Source of the DNA: Polaribacter sp.
GTDB taxonomy: Bacteria; Bacteroidota; Bacteroidia; Flavobacteriales; Flavobacteriaceae
Direction of reading: 5' to 3'
NCBI GenBank assembly: GCA_029245785.1
Contig: JAQWOR010000074.1
Coordinates: 4,758-68,757 of the forward strand
DNA: 64,000 nt
The notes below the pieces were generated by a model. That model saw only the letters and a program-made list of their open reading frames with translations. It was not told the origin of the DNA and made no database searches. The translations under genes were made by a program, and so were the position numbers. Shown here piece after piece: positions 48,354-58,913 of this stretch (position 1 is its first letter; each line of letters begins with the position of its first letter).

Positions 48354-50828
48354 ATGGAATCAATGATGATTTACATGCCACTTGTTGCTGCAGCAATTGG
48401 TTTAATTTACATGCAAATTAAGAAGTCTTGGGTATTAAAACAAGACGCAGGAGATGGTAAAATGAAAGAAATTTCTGACCACATTTACGAAGGAGCTTTG
48501 GCTTTCTTAAAAGCAGAATACAGGCTGTTAACAATTTTTGTAGTAGTAGTAAGCATATTGCTTGCTGTTGTTTCTCAATTTGTAGAATCAACACATATTT
48601 TAATCGTTATCGCCTTTATTTTCGGAGCATTTTTCTCTGCTTTCGCAGGAAATATGGGAATGAAAATTGCTACTAAAACAAATGTAAGAACGACACAAGC
48701 TGCTCGTACAAGTTTGCCAAATGCATTAAAAGTATCTTTTGGTGGTGGTACTGTAATGGGCTTAGGGGTTGCTGGTTTAGCAGTGTTAGGATTGACTGCC
48801 TTTTTTATCATTTTTTACCAATTCATTTTTATGCCTAACGGATGGACTTCTGTTAAAGACATGACTATGGTACTAGAAACCCTTGCTGGTTTTTCTTTAG
48901 GCGCAGAATCAATTGCCTTATTTGCACGTGTTGGAGGCGGAATTTACACCAAAGCTGCTGATGTTGGTGCTGATTTAGTAGGTAAAGTAGAAGCTGGTAT
49001 TCCTGAGGATGACCCAAGAAACCCTGCAACAATTGCAGACAATGTTGGTGATAATGTAGGAGATGTTGCTGGTATGGGAGCTGATTTATTTGGATCATAC
49101 GTAGCAACGGTATTAGCTGCAATGGTATTAGGAAATTACATTATTAAAGACATGGGCGGAAGCATTGAAGATGCTTTTGGTGGAATTGGACCTATCTTAT
49201 TGCCTATGGCAATTGCAGGTGCAGGAATCATTATTTCTTTGATTGGTACTACGCTAGTAAACATAAAATCAAACGATGCCAAAGAAGCTCAAGTCATGAA
49301 AGCTTTAAATATTGGAAATATTACATCCATCATTTTAGTTGCAATATCTAGTTTCTTTCTAGTAACATGGATGTTGCCAGAAAGCATGAACATGCATTTC
49401 TTTGGAGAAGGACTAATTGAAATCTCTGCTACAAGAGTATTTTATGCAACACTTATCGGTTTACTTGTAGGTGGCGTAATTTCTTCAGTAACTGAATACT
49501 ATACAGGATTGGGTAAAAAACCTATTTTAAATATTGTTCAAAAATCTGCAACAGGAGCAGGAACAAATATCATTGCAGGATTAGCAACAGGAATGATTTC
49601 TACATTCCCAACAGTATTATTATTTGCAGGTGCCATTTGGGCATCGTATGCATTTGCAGGATTCTATGGAGTTGCCATGGCAGCTTCTGCAATGATGGCT
49701 ACAACAGCCATGCAATTAGCTATTGATGCTTTCGGACCAATTTCTGACAATGCAGGTGGAATTGCTGAAATGAGCGAACAAGATCCTATTGTTAGAGAAC
49801 GTACCGATATTTTAGACTCTGTTGGTAATACAACTGCAGCAACAGGAAAAGGGTTTGCAATCGCCTCTGCTGCATTGACCTCATTAGCGCTTTTCGCTGC
49901 TTATGTAACTTTTACAGGTATTGACGGAATTAATATCTTTAAAGCGCCTGTATTGGCCATGTTATTTGTAGGTGGAATGATTCCTGTAGTATTCTCTGCT
50001 TTGGCAATGAATGCTGTTGGTAAAGCAGCTATGGAAATGGTGTATGAAGTGAGACGTCAATTCAAAGAAATTCCTGGAATTATGGAAGGAACTGGGAAAC
50101 CAGAATATGACAAATGTGTAGAAATCTCTACAAAAGCATCGTTAAAAGAAATGATGCTACCAGGCTTCTTAACCATCGGATTTCCTTTAATCATCACATT
50201 TCTTCCTATGTTATTTGGAATGAACAATATGATCATTGCTGAAATGTTAGGAGGTTATATGGCTGGAGTTACCGTAAGCGGTGTGCTTTGGGCAATTTTT
50301 CAAAACAATGCTGGTGGCGCTTGGGACAATGCAAAGAAATCATTTGAAGCTGGAGTAATGATTAATGGAGAAATGACTCACAAAGGTTCTGCTGCTCACG
50401 AAGCGGCAATTACTGGAGATACTGTTGGTGACCCTTTTAAAGATACTTCTGGGCCTTCTATGAATATCCTAATCAAATTAACCTGTTTAATTGGTTTGGT
50501 AATCGCTCCAATTTTAGGTGGTCATTCAGAATCAAAGGCACATACAGACACTCACAATATAACACTTCATGTTGATAGTGATGAGCTTCACAAAAATGCT
50601 TCTAAAGAAGTAAGAGTTGAGATGAAAAAAGAGGGAGATGTAACGGTTGCAACAGTAACTACTACCACAACAGTAGATGGTAAAAAAGCAACAACTACTC
50701 AAGACTTTAAAGGCACAGAAGCTGAAGTAAAAGCTCAAATTGAAGCACTATCTTCTAAAGAATCTGGACAACACATGAAGGTGAAGAAAATCATCAAGAA
50801 AGAAGTTCACGAAGAGCACAAAAAGTAA
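48354..50828 (+). CDS. hppA: Membrane-integral ion-pumping pyrophosphatase, K+-dependent type, with a ~100-aa hydrophilic C-terminal extension
   Basis: [55 protein letters not shown]. Confidence 0.93.
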   Translation: MESMMIYMPLVAAAIGLIYMQIKKSWVLKQDAGDGKMKEISDHIYEGALAFLKAEYRLLTIFVVVVSILLAVVSQFVESTHILIVIAFIFGAFFSAFAGNMGMKIATKTNVRTTQAARTSLPNALKVSFGGGTVMGLGVAGLAVLGLTAFFIIFYQFIFMPNGWTSVKDMTMVLETLAGFSLGAESIALFARVGGGIYTKAADVGADLVGKVEAGIPEDDPRNPATIADNVGDNVGDVAGMGADLFGSYVATVLAAMVLGNYIIKDMGGSIEDAFGGIGPILLPMAIAGAGIIISLIGTTLVNIKSNDAKEAQVMKALNIGNITSIILVAISSFFLVTWMLPESMNMHFFGEGLIEISATRVFYATLIGLLVGGVISSVTEYYTGLGKKPILNIVQKSATGAGTNIIAGLATGMISTFPTVLLFAGAIWASYAFAGFYGVAMAASAMMATTAMQLAIDAFGPISDNAGGIAEMSEQDPIVRERTDILDSVGNTTAATGKGFAIASAALTSLALFAAYVTFTGIDGINIFKAPVLAMLFVGGMIPVVFSALAMNAVGKAAMEMVYEVRRQFKEIPGIMEGTGKPEYDKCVEISTKASLKEMMLPGFLTIGFPLIITFLPMLFGMNNMIIAEMLGGYMAGVTVSGVLWAIFQNNAGGAWDNAKKSFEAGVMINGEMTHKGSAAHEAAITGDTVGDPFKDTSGPSMNILIKLTCLIGLVIAPILGGHSESKAHTDTHNITLHVDSDELHKNASKEVRVEMKKEGDVTVATVTTTTTVDGKKATTTQDFKGTEAEVKAQIEALSSKESGQHMKVKKIIKKEVHEEHKK

Positions 50829-50852
50829 GCGTTTATCGTTTTACAACAGTAC

Positions 50853-50884
50853 AAAAGAGGTTACCTAAAAAGGTAACCTCTTTT
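50853..50884. terminator. Bidirectional terminator between hppA and pxpC
   Basis: AAAAGAGGTTACCT-AAAA-AGGTAACCTCTTTT. Confidence 0.85.
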
Positions 50885-50887
50885 ATT

Positions 50888-51739
50888 TTACAAAGAAACC
50901 AACTCAAATGTAAATTGAGCTCCTGTTGTTTTTTGTGCCAACACATCAATGGCATAGTTCGATAATTGCAACACCCTTGGATAACCTCCTGTTACTTGAC
51001 AATCTCGCATCAATACAATTAATTTTCCTGAAGGCGTTAACTGCACAGTTCCTGGTAAAACCGCCGATGTTAACATTGAAGGTAAATCATTTTTTACAGA
51101 CTCTTCCAATCGATAGCCCATTCTGCTATTGTCTTTTGAAATGGTAAACGTTATTTTCTTCAATTGTTCTTGTTGAAATTCAGACAACAAATGATATTCT
51201 GGGCCTTGATAACAACACACTCGGTTTGACTGAAAATGCGCTTCGTTTATTTTTACTGACGAAAATGTTTTTGTTACAAATTGGCTCCGCTTTTCTACAG
51301 GCAATAGCATGCCTTTTTGAAGCCATGAACCTTTAGTTACTCCTTTATAATAACTTCTGCTATGCAACACCTTTTCTGTTTTAAACCCACCTTTTACCGC
51401 TACATAAGTTCGCACTCCATAATCTTGCTTTCCAAAAGATAAGACAGCTCCTTTCTGAACCTGTATCGGAACATTTAAAGCTACCTTTAGGTCATTAATT
51501 TTGGGTAAAAAATTAGCTCCGGTAATGCAAATAAGCTGCTCCTCTTCAAATAGAAATGTTGCATTTCCAAAAGTTATTTCAAGTACAGCATCGTGTTTAT
51601 CATTAGACAAGAGCTGATTGGCAAGTTGAGCAGAATACCCATCCATAACTCCAGATACTGGAACACCAATATGAGCAAAGCCAATTCTCCCCAAATCTTG
51701 AACTGTTGTGTAAAACCCCGCTGTAAGAACTCTAATCAT
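50888..51739 (-). CDS. pxpC: 5-oxoprolinase subunit C
   Basis: TVQDLGR, GVRTYVAV, SRMGYRL, QVTGGYP. Confidence 0.88.
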   Translation of the reverse strand: MIRVLTAGFYTTVQDLGRIGFAHIGVPVSGVMDGYSAQLANQLLSNDKHDAVLEITFGNATFLFEEEQLICITGANFLPKINDLKVALNVPIQVQKGAVLSFGKQDYGVRTYVAVKGGFKTEKVLHSRSYYKGVTKGSWLQKGMLLPVEKRSQFVTKTFSSVKINEAHFQSNRVCCYQGPEYHLLSEFQQEQLKKITFTISKDNSRMGYRLEESVKNDLPSMLTSAVLPGTVQLTPSGKLIVLMRDCQVTGGYPRVLQLSNYAIDVLAQKTTGAQFTFELVSL

Positions 51740-52464
51740 CTAATTGCGGTTTTATTGATTACATAAGTGTTTGCAAGTACTTGTTTTTCTAGCACTTTAT
51801 ATTCGGCAGCAGAAATAGGCACAAATTGTATTTCATCTCCTGGCTTTGCAAAACAAGGAGTTTCTTTCTCTATATCAAAAAATAAAATGGGTGTTTTTCC
51901 TATAATATTCCATCCTCCAGCGCTTGTATTTGGGTAAATTCCTGTTTGAGAACCGCCAATTCCAACAGCTCCTTTTGCTACTTGTAACCTTGGAGTTGAC
52001 TTTCTTTCTATGCATAATTTTTTATTCAGCCCTCCCAAGTATAAAAACCCTGGTAAAAACCCAATAAAATAAACGGTATACGTTGAAGCAGTATGCAGTC
52101 TAATAATCTCATTAATAGGCAAAGAAGTTGTTTCAGACATTTCTTTCAAATCAAGACCAAATTCTTTCTCATAACATACAGGAATACGCCAGCTAAAATT
52201 CACGGTTCCTTGTTTGAGAATTGGCTTGGCATAGATCGACTTTAATAGTGCTATTTCTTGATCAACATCTCTTGAATCATCATTGTATTTTAACGTCAAT
52301 GAGCTATATCCAACAATACTATCTATAATATTTGTGTTTGGCAAACATTGAATTGCATATTGAAAAGCAATAATATCTTTGCTAATTGCTGGGTCAATCT
52401 TAGAGGGCCATTCAATCAAAATTGCTTGTTCACCAAAAGGTTTATATGTAAGCTTGTAACTCAA
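51736..52464 (-). CDS. pxpB: 5-oxoprolinase subunit B
   Basis: IPVCY, GFLPGFLYL, GAVGIGG, YP...GGWNIIG. Confidence 0.9.
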   Translation of the reverse strand: MSYKLTYKPFGEQAILIEWPSKIDPAISKDIIAFQYAIQCLPNTNIIDSIVGYSSLTLKYNDDSRDVDQEIALLKSIYAKPILKQGTVNFSWRIPVCYEKEFGLDLKEMSETTSLPINEIIRLHTASTYTVYFIGFLPGFLYLGGLNKKLCIERKSTPRLQVAKGAVGIGGSQTGIYPNTSAGGWNIIGKTPILFFDIEKETPCFAKPGDEIQFVPISAAEYKVLEKQVLANTYVINKTAIR

Positions 52465-53199
52465 TTAGTATACTTTAATGTGATGTTCTTCTAATAATTG
52501 TACTACATTTTTCACCAATTCAATTGCCTTCGGATGGTCTCCGTGTACACAAAAAGTGCTTGCTTTAATAGGCACTTCTTTCCCTGACACAGTAGTTACT
52601 TTCTGATCAGTTACCATTGCATAAACATGCTTAAAGGCAGCTGTTTTATCAACAATTAAAGCATTTTCTGCACTTCGAGAAACCAAACTCAAATCATCAT
52701 TATAATTCCGATCTGCAAAAGCTTCGTAGATAATTTTTATATTATTTTGCAATGCAATTTTTTCAATAACAGAATTACAAGGCACATATAAAAACACTTC
52801 TTCTGTGGTGTTTTTGATTGCTTTAACCAACACGTTCGCCGTCACCTGGTCAATCGCAGAAAGATTGTACAAGGCTCCGTGTGCTTTTACATGGTGTAAC
52901 TTTGCTCCTGAAACCGCAAGTCTTTCATTCATCAAGTTTAGTTGTTCTTCAATACTTTTCTGAAGATCATTGGGAGAGATTTCTAGTATTTTTCTACCAA
53001 AATTAGCGGCATCAGGAAAAGAAGGGTGCGCGCCAATTTTTACCGTATGTTGTTGTGCCAATTGTATGGTTGCATCAATGGTATTAATAGTTCCTGCATG
53101 ACCACCACAAGCAATATTACAAGAAGATATATAAGGCATTAATTGGGCTTCATTCCCAATTCCTTCACCTACATCGCAATTGATATCTACAACAATCAT
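52465..53199 (-). CDS. pxpA: 5-oxoprolinase subunit A (LamB/YcsF)
   Basis: DINCDVGE, NIACGGHAG, GAHPSFPD, HVKAHGALYN, EAFADR, CVHGD. Confidence 0.93.
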   Translation of the reverse strand: MIVVDINCDVGEGIGNEAQLMPYISSCNIACGGHAGTINTIDATIQLAQQHTVKIGAHPSFPDAANFGRKILEISPNDLQKSIEEQLNLMNERLAVSGAKLHHVKAHGALYNLSAIDQVTANVLVKAIKNTTEEVFLYVPCNSVIEKIALQNNIKIIYEAFADRNYNDDLSLVSRSAENALIVDKTAAFKHVYAMVTDQKVTTVSGKEVPIKASTFCVHGDHPKAIELVKNVVQLLEEHHIKVY

Positions 53200-54425
53200 T
53201 AGATGAAATTAAGCACTTTTAAAATACTTTTCAAGACCAAAAAGAGGGTTGCAGCCACAATAACAATTCCTATTGCATTTTGAAACTTGGAATTCACAAA
53301 AGTTCCTAACAATGCTTTTTTATTCATAATCCACAGTAAAAACCCAGCAACAACAGGCAACAAAACTCCATTAGCAACTTGAGCAAACTTGATAATTTCT
53401 ATTGGTTTTATTCCTATTGACGAAAATCCAACGCCTAAAAACAAGATGACCATCCATACCATTCTAAACTGTTTCGATTTCAATCCGCCTTGCCACCCTA
53501 AACAACCTTTTGCCACATACGCTGCAGCCAATGGTGCTGTAATGGCAGATGTGATTCCCGCAGCAAACAAGCCCAATCCTAAAAAATAGGTAGAAAAATT
53601 GCCATATAATGGCGCCAAGCTTTTTGCTAAATCTGCAGCGTTTGCAACCTCCTTTGAAGGGATTGCAGCAGCCGATATGATAATAGCCATTGATACCAAC
53701 CCTCCAAGTCCAATGGCAATGATGGTGTCTTTTCTGGCGTGTTTTAAATCTGTTTTTGTTTTCCATTTCTCTTTTACCAAAGCTGCGTGTAAAAACAAAT
53801 TATAAGGCACAACGGTTGTTCCTATCAGGCCAACAATCATCAAGATACTTTTTTCAGGAAACTTAGGAACAAATAGCCCTTTTAAAATTTCTAACACATC
53901 TGGCTTGGTTAAAAAAGCAGTCACCAAAAATGAAAGACTCATCAGTATTACCAAGGTAATCAATACTTTTTCTAAAAATTTATAATTTCCAATATACAGC
54001 AATACAAAAGCAATTAGCCCAATAAGAAGACTCATCGTATGAATTGAAAACGAGCCAACATCCATAGTAACATCACCAAAAACAGTTTCCAATCCCAACA
54101 TTCCTCCGCTGATATTTCCTGCTTCATACGAGGCGTTTCCTACCACAATTGCAGACAATATAAGTAGTGTTACAAGTTGCTTGACAAAAGGGTGTTTGAT
54201 TTCACTTCGGATGACTTCTGACAATCCTTTTTGGGAAACAATCCCTAAGCGAGCTGCCATTTCTTGTAATACAATTGTTGCCATGACAGAAAGCAACATT
54301 GCCCATAATAAATTTACTCCAAAATTAACCCCTGCTAGCGTACAAATTGTTACGGTTCCTGGGCCAATAAATGCGGCTGACACTAATGCTCCAGGTCCAA
54401 TATTTTGAAACCATTTCTTTATCAT
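53199..54425 (-). CDS. Nramp-family (YcsG-like) transporter
   Basis: GPGALVSAAFIGPGTV, LQEMAARLG, GTTVVPYNLFLH; shares base 53199 with the pxpA start. Confidence 0.85.
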   Translation of the reverse strand: MIKKWFQNIGPGALVSAAFIGPGTVTICTLAGVNFGVNLLWAMLLSVMATIVLQEMAARLGIVSQKGLSEVIRSEIKHPFVKQLVTLLILSAIVVGNASYEAGNISGGMLGLETVFGDVTMDVGSFSIHTMSLLIGLIAFVLLYIGNYKFLEKVLITLVILMSLSFLVTAFLTKPDVLEILKGLFVPKFPEKSILMIVGLIGTTVVPYNLFLHAALVKEKWKTKTDLKHARKDTIIAIGLGGLVSMAIIISAAAIPSKEVANAADLAKSLAPLYGNFSTYFLGLGLFAAGITSAITAPLAAAYVAKGCLGWQGGLKSKQFRMVWMVILFLGVGFSSIGIKPIEIIKFAQVANGVLLPVVAGFLLWIMNKKALLGTFVNSKFQNAIGIVIVAATLFLVLKSILKVLNFI

Positions 54426-54526
54426 TTTTTCGAAGTATTTAATGCATAAATAGCAAGAGGATAGACTACTTGTGCACGTTTCATAAATAGCTAATTGTTT
54501 AAGCTATAAATATAGAAAAAAGATTC

Positions 54527-54566
54527 CATTTTATAGGAGCGCGATTAATCGCGCTCCTATAAAATG
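54527..54566. terminator. Perfect 40-bp palindrome immediately after the pckA stop
   Basis: CATTTTATAGGAGCGCGATT|AATCGCGCTCCTATAAAATG. Confidence 0.8.
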
Positions 54567-54568
54567 AT

Positions 54569-56170
54569 CTACACTAAAGGTCCTCCAGCTAATATTTCTT
54601 TATTTGCATATTCTTCAAATTTTTCAAAGTTGGCTTTGAACGAATCTGCTAATTTTTGTGCTGTTTTATAATAGCCTTCATCATTATTCCATGATTTTCT
54701 AGGGCTCAACACCTCTGTTGGTACATTTGGGCATGTTCTTGGCTGTGCCAATCCGAAAACAGAGTGCACATGGTAATTGTCTTTGTTTGCAGCTTCTAAG
54801 CTTCCGTCCATTGCAGCAGTAATCATTGCTCTTGTATACTTTAATTTCATTCTGCTTCCAATGCCATAAGGACCTCCTGTCCAGCCTGTATTTACCAACC
54901 AAACAGTTACGCCTGCTTCTTGCATTTTTGCACTCAACATTTCTGCATAACGCGTTGGGTGCAACGGCATAAAAGGGGCTCCGAAACAAGCTGAAAAACT
55001 TGGTACTGGTTCGGTAACTCCAGCTTCTGTTCCTGCCACTTTTGCGGTATACCCAGAAATAAAGTGATAGGCCGCTTGTCCTGGTGTTAATTTTGAGATT
55101 GGAGGCAATACACCAAAAGCGTCTGCTGTTAAGAAAAAGATGTTTTTTGGGTTTTTCCCGATGGATCCTTCTTGAATATTATCGATGTGGTAAATAGGAT
55201 AACTTACGCGTGTATTTTGTGTGATGGAAACATCTTCAAAATCAACTTCTCCATTTTCTTTGAAAATTACATTTTCAAGAATAGCTCCTTTTTTAATGGC
55301 ATGGTAAATATCTGGTTCTTTTTCTTCTGTTAGGTCAATTACTTTTGCATAACAGCCTCCTTCAAAATTAAAAACAGTATTCTCATTGGTCCAACCGTGT
55401 TCATCATCTCCAATTAATTTTCTTTCTGGATCTGCAGATAAGGTTGTTTTTCCTGTTCCAGACAATCCGAAGAAAATAGCAGTATCTCCATCTTTACCAA
55501 CATTGGCAGAGCAATGCATTGGCAAGGTGTTTTTATTTACGGGTAAAATAAAATTAAGGGCAGAAAAAATTCCTTTTTTAATTTCTCCTGTATATCCTGT
55601 TCCTCCAATAAGTGCAATTTTTTTAGAAAAATTTAAAACCGCAAAATTGTGTTGCCGTGTTCCGTCAATAGCAGCATCTGCCATAAAACCTGGCGCATTG
55701 ATCACGGTCCATTCTGGAGAAAATGATTTCAGTTCTTCTTTTGTTGGGCGTAAAAACATGTTATGCGCAAACATATTACTCCAAGCATGTTCATTTACAA
55801 CTCTAATGTTTAGTTTGTAACTCTCATCGGCACATACATAACTGTCTCTAACAAAAACTTCTTTGTTCGATAAATAGTCAGTTACTTTTGCATATAGTTT
55901 GTCAAATTTATCTGAATCAAAAGGCAAGTTGATGTTTCCCCACCAAACTTCTTCTTTTGTAATCGCATCTTTTACAATAAAACGATCCATTGGAGAGCGT
56001 CCTGTAAATTCTCCTGTGTTAATTGCTAAAGCTCCAGAACTAGCTTCAACTCCTTGTCCTTTTTCAATAGTAACGGCATGCAATTCATCAGATGTTAAAT
56101 TGTACCGTACAGTTGCATTTGAAATTCCTAAAGTATCTAGCGAAATCGATTTCGTATCAATATTTACCAT
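54569..56170 (-). CDS. pckA: PEP carboxykinase (ATP)
   Basis: YTGEIKK, MHCSAN, GLSGTGKTT (Walker A), GDDEHGW, ENTR-like QNTR; start moved to ATG 56170 because a TATTTTTG promoter element lies at 56219-56226. Confidence 0.95.
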   Translation of the reverse strand: MVNIDTKSISLDTLGISNATVRYNLTSDELHAVTIEKGQGVEASSGALAINTGEFTGRSPMDRFIVKDAITKEEVWWGNINLPFDSDKFDKLYAKVTDYLSNKEVFVRDSYVCADESYKLNIRVVNEHAWSNMFAHNMFLRPTKEELKSFSPEWTVINAPGFMADAAIDGTRQHNFAVLNFSKKIALIGGTGYTGEIKKGIFSALNFILPVNKNTLPMHCSANVGKDGDTAIFFGLSGTGKTTLSADPERKLIGDDEHGWTNENTVFNFEGGCYAKVIDLTEEKEPDIYHAIKKGAILENVIFKENGEVDFEDVSITQNTRVSYPIYHIDNIQEGSIGKNPKNIFFLTADAFGVLPPISKLTPGQAAYHFISGYTAKVAGTEAGVTEPVPSFSACFGAPFMPLHPTRYAEMLSAKMQEAGVTVWLVNTGWTGGPYGIGSRMKLKYTRAMITAAMDGSLEAANKDNYHVHSVFGLAQPRTCPNVPTEVLSPRKSWNNDEGYYKTAQKLADSFKANFEKFEEYANKEILAGGPLV

Positions 56171-56266
56171 TTTTAAGATTTTAGTTGTTTTTGTTTTAGT
56201 TGTGTTCAAATAATAGGGCAAAAATACAGTTTATTTTTACAATGCTTTGCTCTAATTTTATTTTTA

Positions 56267-56653
56267 TTAACTATTTATTGTTGATTTCTTTTTCGCAAAA
56301 GACCAACTCATAGCACTCCATCCTAGCACCAAAAACAAACCACCCAATGGAGTTACAAACCAAATACTTTTGGCAGTAATTTCTGTTAGCTGAATCACAT
56401 AAATAGACCCTGAAAAGAGTGCAATTCCTATAAAAAACAGCACACTTATGCTATTTCTAGTCTTTTCAGAAAACCCTTGATAGCTATGCACAAATAACAA
56501 GACTATTACATGATACATTTGATAGCGAACTGCAGTTTCAAAACTATGCAAACCATCTATAGACAGCTTCTCTTTTAATGCATGTGCGCCAAAAGCGCCT
56601 AAGGCAATTGTTAAAATTCCTAATACTGAGGTGATTGTTAAATTTTTATGCAT
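56267..56653 (-). CDS. DUF423 family membrane protein
   Basis: GAFGAH, YQMYH, FSGSIY, TPLGG. Confidence 0.88.
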   Translation of the reverse strand: MHKNLTITSVLGILTIALGAFGAHALKEKLSIDGLHSFETAVRYQMYHVIVLLFVHSYQGFSEKTRNSISVLFFIGIALFSGSIYVIQLTEITAKSIWFVTPLGGLFLVLGWSAMSWSFAKKKSTINS

Positions 56654-56771
56654 TTTTTCAATTTTTGTTTTATTTTAAACTTTTTCTAATGAATTGTGTA
56701 TTTTAGCTTCGTCAATTTAGTACTGACTTAATACTGATGTAAAAGTAATAAAACCAACACAAAATTTACAA

Positions 56772-58133
56772 ATGCGAAACATATTAATCATTGGAGCTGG
56801 AAGATCAAGTTCTTCACTTATTAAATACTTACTAGAAAAATCATCTGAAGAAAATTTTCGCATCATAATTGGTGACGTTTCTTTAGACAATGCTCAGAGT
56901 ATTGTAGGAAATCATCCAAATGCAAGTGCAATTGTTTTAGATGTTTTTGACAAAAAACAACGAAAAGAAGCAGTTCAAAAAGCAAGTGTTGTCATTTCAA
57001 TGTTGCCTGCTCGCTTTCATCTAGAGGTTGCTAAAGACTGTGTTGCATTTGAAAAACACTTGGTAACAGCTTCTTATATTTCTGAAGAAATGAAAGCGCT
57101 AGATACAGCCGCTAAAGAAAAAGGCTTGGTTTTGATGAACGAAATTGGACTAGATCCAGGTATCGATCATATGAGTGCCATGCAAGTAATTGACAGAATT
57201 CATGAAAGTGGTGCCAAAATGTTGTTATTCGAATCTTTTTGCGGTGGATTGGTTGCTCCAGAAAGCGATACCAATTTATGGAACTATAAGTTTACATGGA
57301 ACCCGAGAAATGTAGTCTTAGCAGGACAAGGTGGAGCTGCCATGTTTATCCAAGAAGGCACATATAAATACATTCCATATCATAAGCTATTTCGAAGAAC
57401 TGAATTTTTAACCATTAATGGTCATGGAAAATTTGAAGCCTATGCCAATCGAGACTCTTTAAAGTACAGAAATATTTATGGCTTAGACAATGTTCCAACA
57501 ATGTATAGAGGAACCATTCGAAAAGTGGGGTTTTCTAGAGCTTGGAATACCTTTATAGAATTAGGTATGACTGACGACACTTATACCATCGAAAATTCTG
57601 AAACGATGAGCTATCGAGATTTTACAAATTTATTCTTGGCATACAACCCAAATGATTCTGTAGAATTAAAACTCCGATCTTATTTAAAAATAGAGCAAGA
57701 CGATATTATGTGGAGTAAGCTGCTAGAATTAGACCTTTTCAATCCAACTAAAAAAGTGGGAATTAAAAATGCGACGCCTGCACAAATTTTGCAAAAAATA
57801 CTTTCTGATCAATGGACCTTAGAAAAAGAGGACAAAGACATGATTGTAATGCATCATAAATTTGGTTATGAAGCTAACGGAAAACAACAGCAACTAGAAA
57901 GCAGCATGATTATTAATGGTGATGATCAAACCTATACTGCCATGGCAAAAACTGTTGGCTTGCCTGTTGCAATGGCAGCATTGCGTATTTTAAATGGCAA
58001 AATTAAAACTCCTGGAGTTCAGTTGCCAATTCAAAAAGAAGTCTATGAACCTATCTTAAAGGAACTGGAAGATTACGGAATTATCTTTACAGAAAAAGAA
58101 GTCCCATATTTAGGTTACAACCCTAAGGGTTAA
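56772..58133 (+). CDS. Saccharopine dehydrogenase family (LYS9-like)
   Basis: IIGAGRS, EIGLDPGIDH, SFCGGL, YKFTWNP, TAMAKTVG. Confidence 0.88.
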   Translation: MRNILIIGAGRSSSSLIKYLLEKSSEENFRIIIGDVSLDNAQSIVGNHPNASAIVLDVFDKKQRKEAVQKASVVISMLPARFHLEVAKDCVAFEKHLVTASYISEEMKALDTAAKEKGLVLMNEIGLDPGIDHMSAMQVIDRIHESGAKMLLFESFCGGLVAPESDTNLWNYKFTWNPRNVVLAGQGGAAMFIQEGTYKYIPYHKLFRRTEFLTINGHGKFEAYANRDSLKYRNIYGLDNVPTMYRGTIRKVGFSRAWNTFIELGMTDDTYTIENSETMSYRDFTNLFLAYNPNDSVELKLRSYLKIEQDDIMWSKLLELDLFNPTKKVGIKNATPAQILQKILSDQWTLEKEDKDMIVMHHKFGYEANGKQQQLESSMIINGDDQTYTAMAKTVGLPVAMAALRILNGKIKTPGVQLPIQKEVYEPILKELEDYGIIFTEKEVPYLGYNPKG

Positions 58134-58153
58134 GTTGGGCACTTGAAATTTCC

Positions 58154-58873
58154 TTACATTTTTAAGTAAAAATCTTTTGTCAAATCGATATATGCTTGCG
58201 TGTATTTATGTCGGGAAATTTCAATAATCAATTCCTCTTGTATCAAGTCTTTTTTCTGAAAAGAAAATTCCAACAAACTGCGCTTCACTTCAGAAGTTGG
58301 CGTACCTTTTACCCTACAAGCCTTAGTTAAAAACAAGTTATTTTCTAACGCCAATGCTACAAATTTTTGTTGTTCTTTAAACGGAATGATTACAGAAAAA
58401 GTTCCTTGATCAGCAAGCAACTTAGAAACCCCTGAAACGAGTTCTTTAAAGGAAAGAGAGGATGTAAAGCGCGCGTTGTTTCTCGCGGTATCTTGTGATT
58501 CAAAATCATCAGAATAAAATGGCGGATTGCTAACAATAAGATCGTACTTTTCTTCTGCCTCTTCCATTTCTTGCGTAAAATCTTCAAAAGAAGCATGGTA
58601 ACAAAATAGGCGGTCACTCCAAGTGCTCAATTCAAAATTTTCTACAGACTGCTCGTGAGCAGCATCATTAATTTCAACAGCATCAATAGTCATGGCATCA
58701 GAACGCTGTGCCAACATTAAAGAAACAACTCCTGTTCCTGAGCCAACATCTAGCATTGTATCTGGAAAATTATCTACAGAACACCAAGCTCCCAACAAGA
58801 CAGCATCCGTACCAATCTTCATAGCAGCTTTGTCTTGATGAACAATAAATTCTTTGAATTGAAATGGCTGCAA
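58154..58873 (-). CDS. trmN6: tRNA1(Val) A37 N6-methyltransferase
   Basis: MKIGTDAVLLGAW, LDVGSGTG, NPPF; TTG start. Confidence 0.85.
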   Translation of the reverse strand: MQPFQFKEFIVHQDKAAMKIGTDAVLLGAWCSVDNFPDTMLDVGSGTGVVSLMLAQRSDAMTIDAVEINDAAHEQSVENFELSTWSDRLFCYHASFEDFTQEMEEAEEKYDLIVSNPPFYSDDFESQDTARNNARFTSSLSFKELVSGVSKLLADQGTFSVIIPFKEQQKFVALALENNLFLTKACRVKGTPTSEVKRSLLEFSFQKKDLIQEELIIEISRHKYTQAYIDLTKDFYLKM

Positions 58874-58913
58874 ACTAATAACGTTTCGTTTTTATGAAGT
58901 TTCTTTTTAACTG

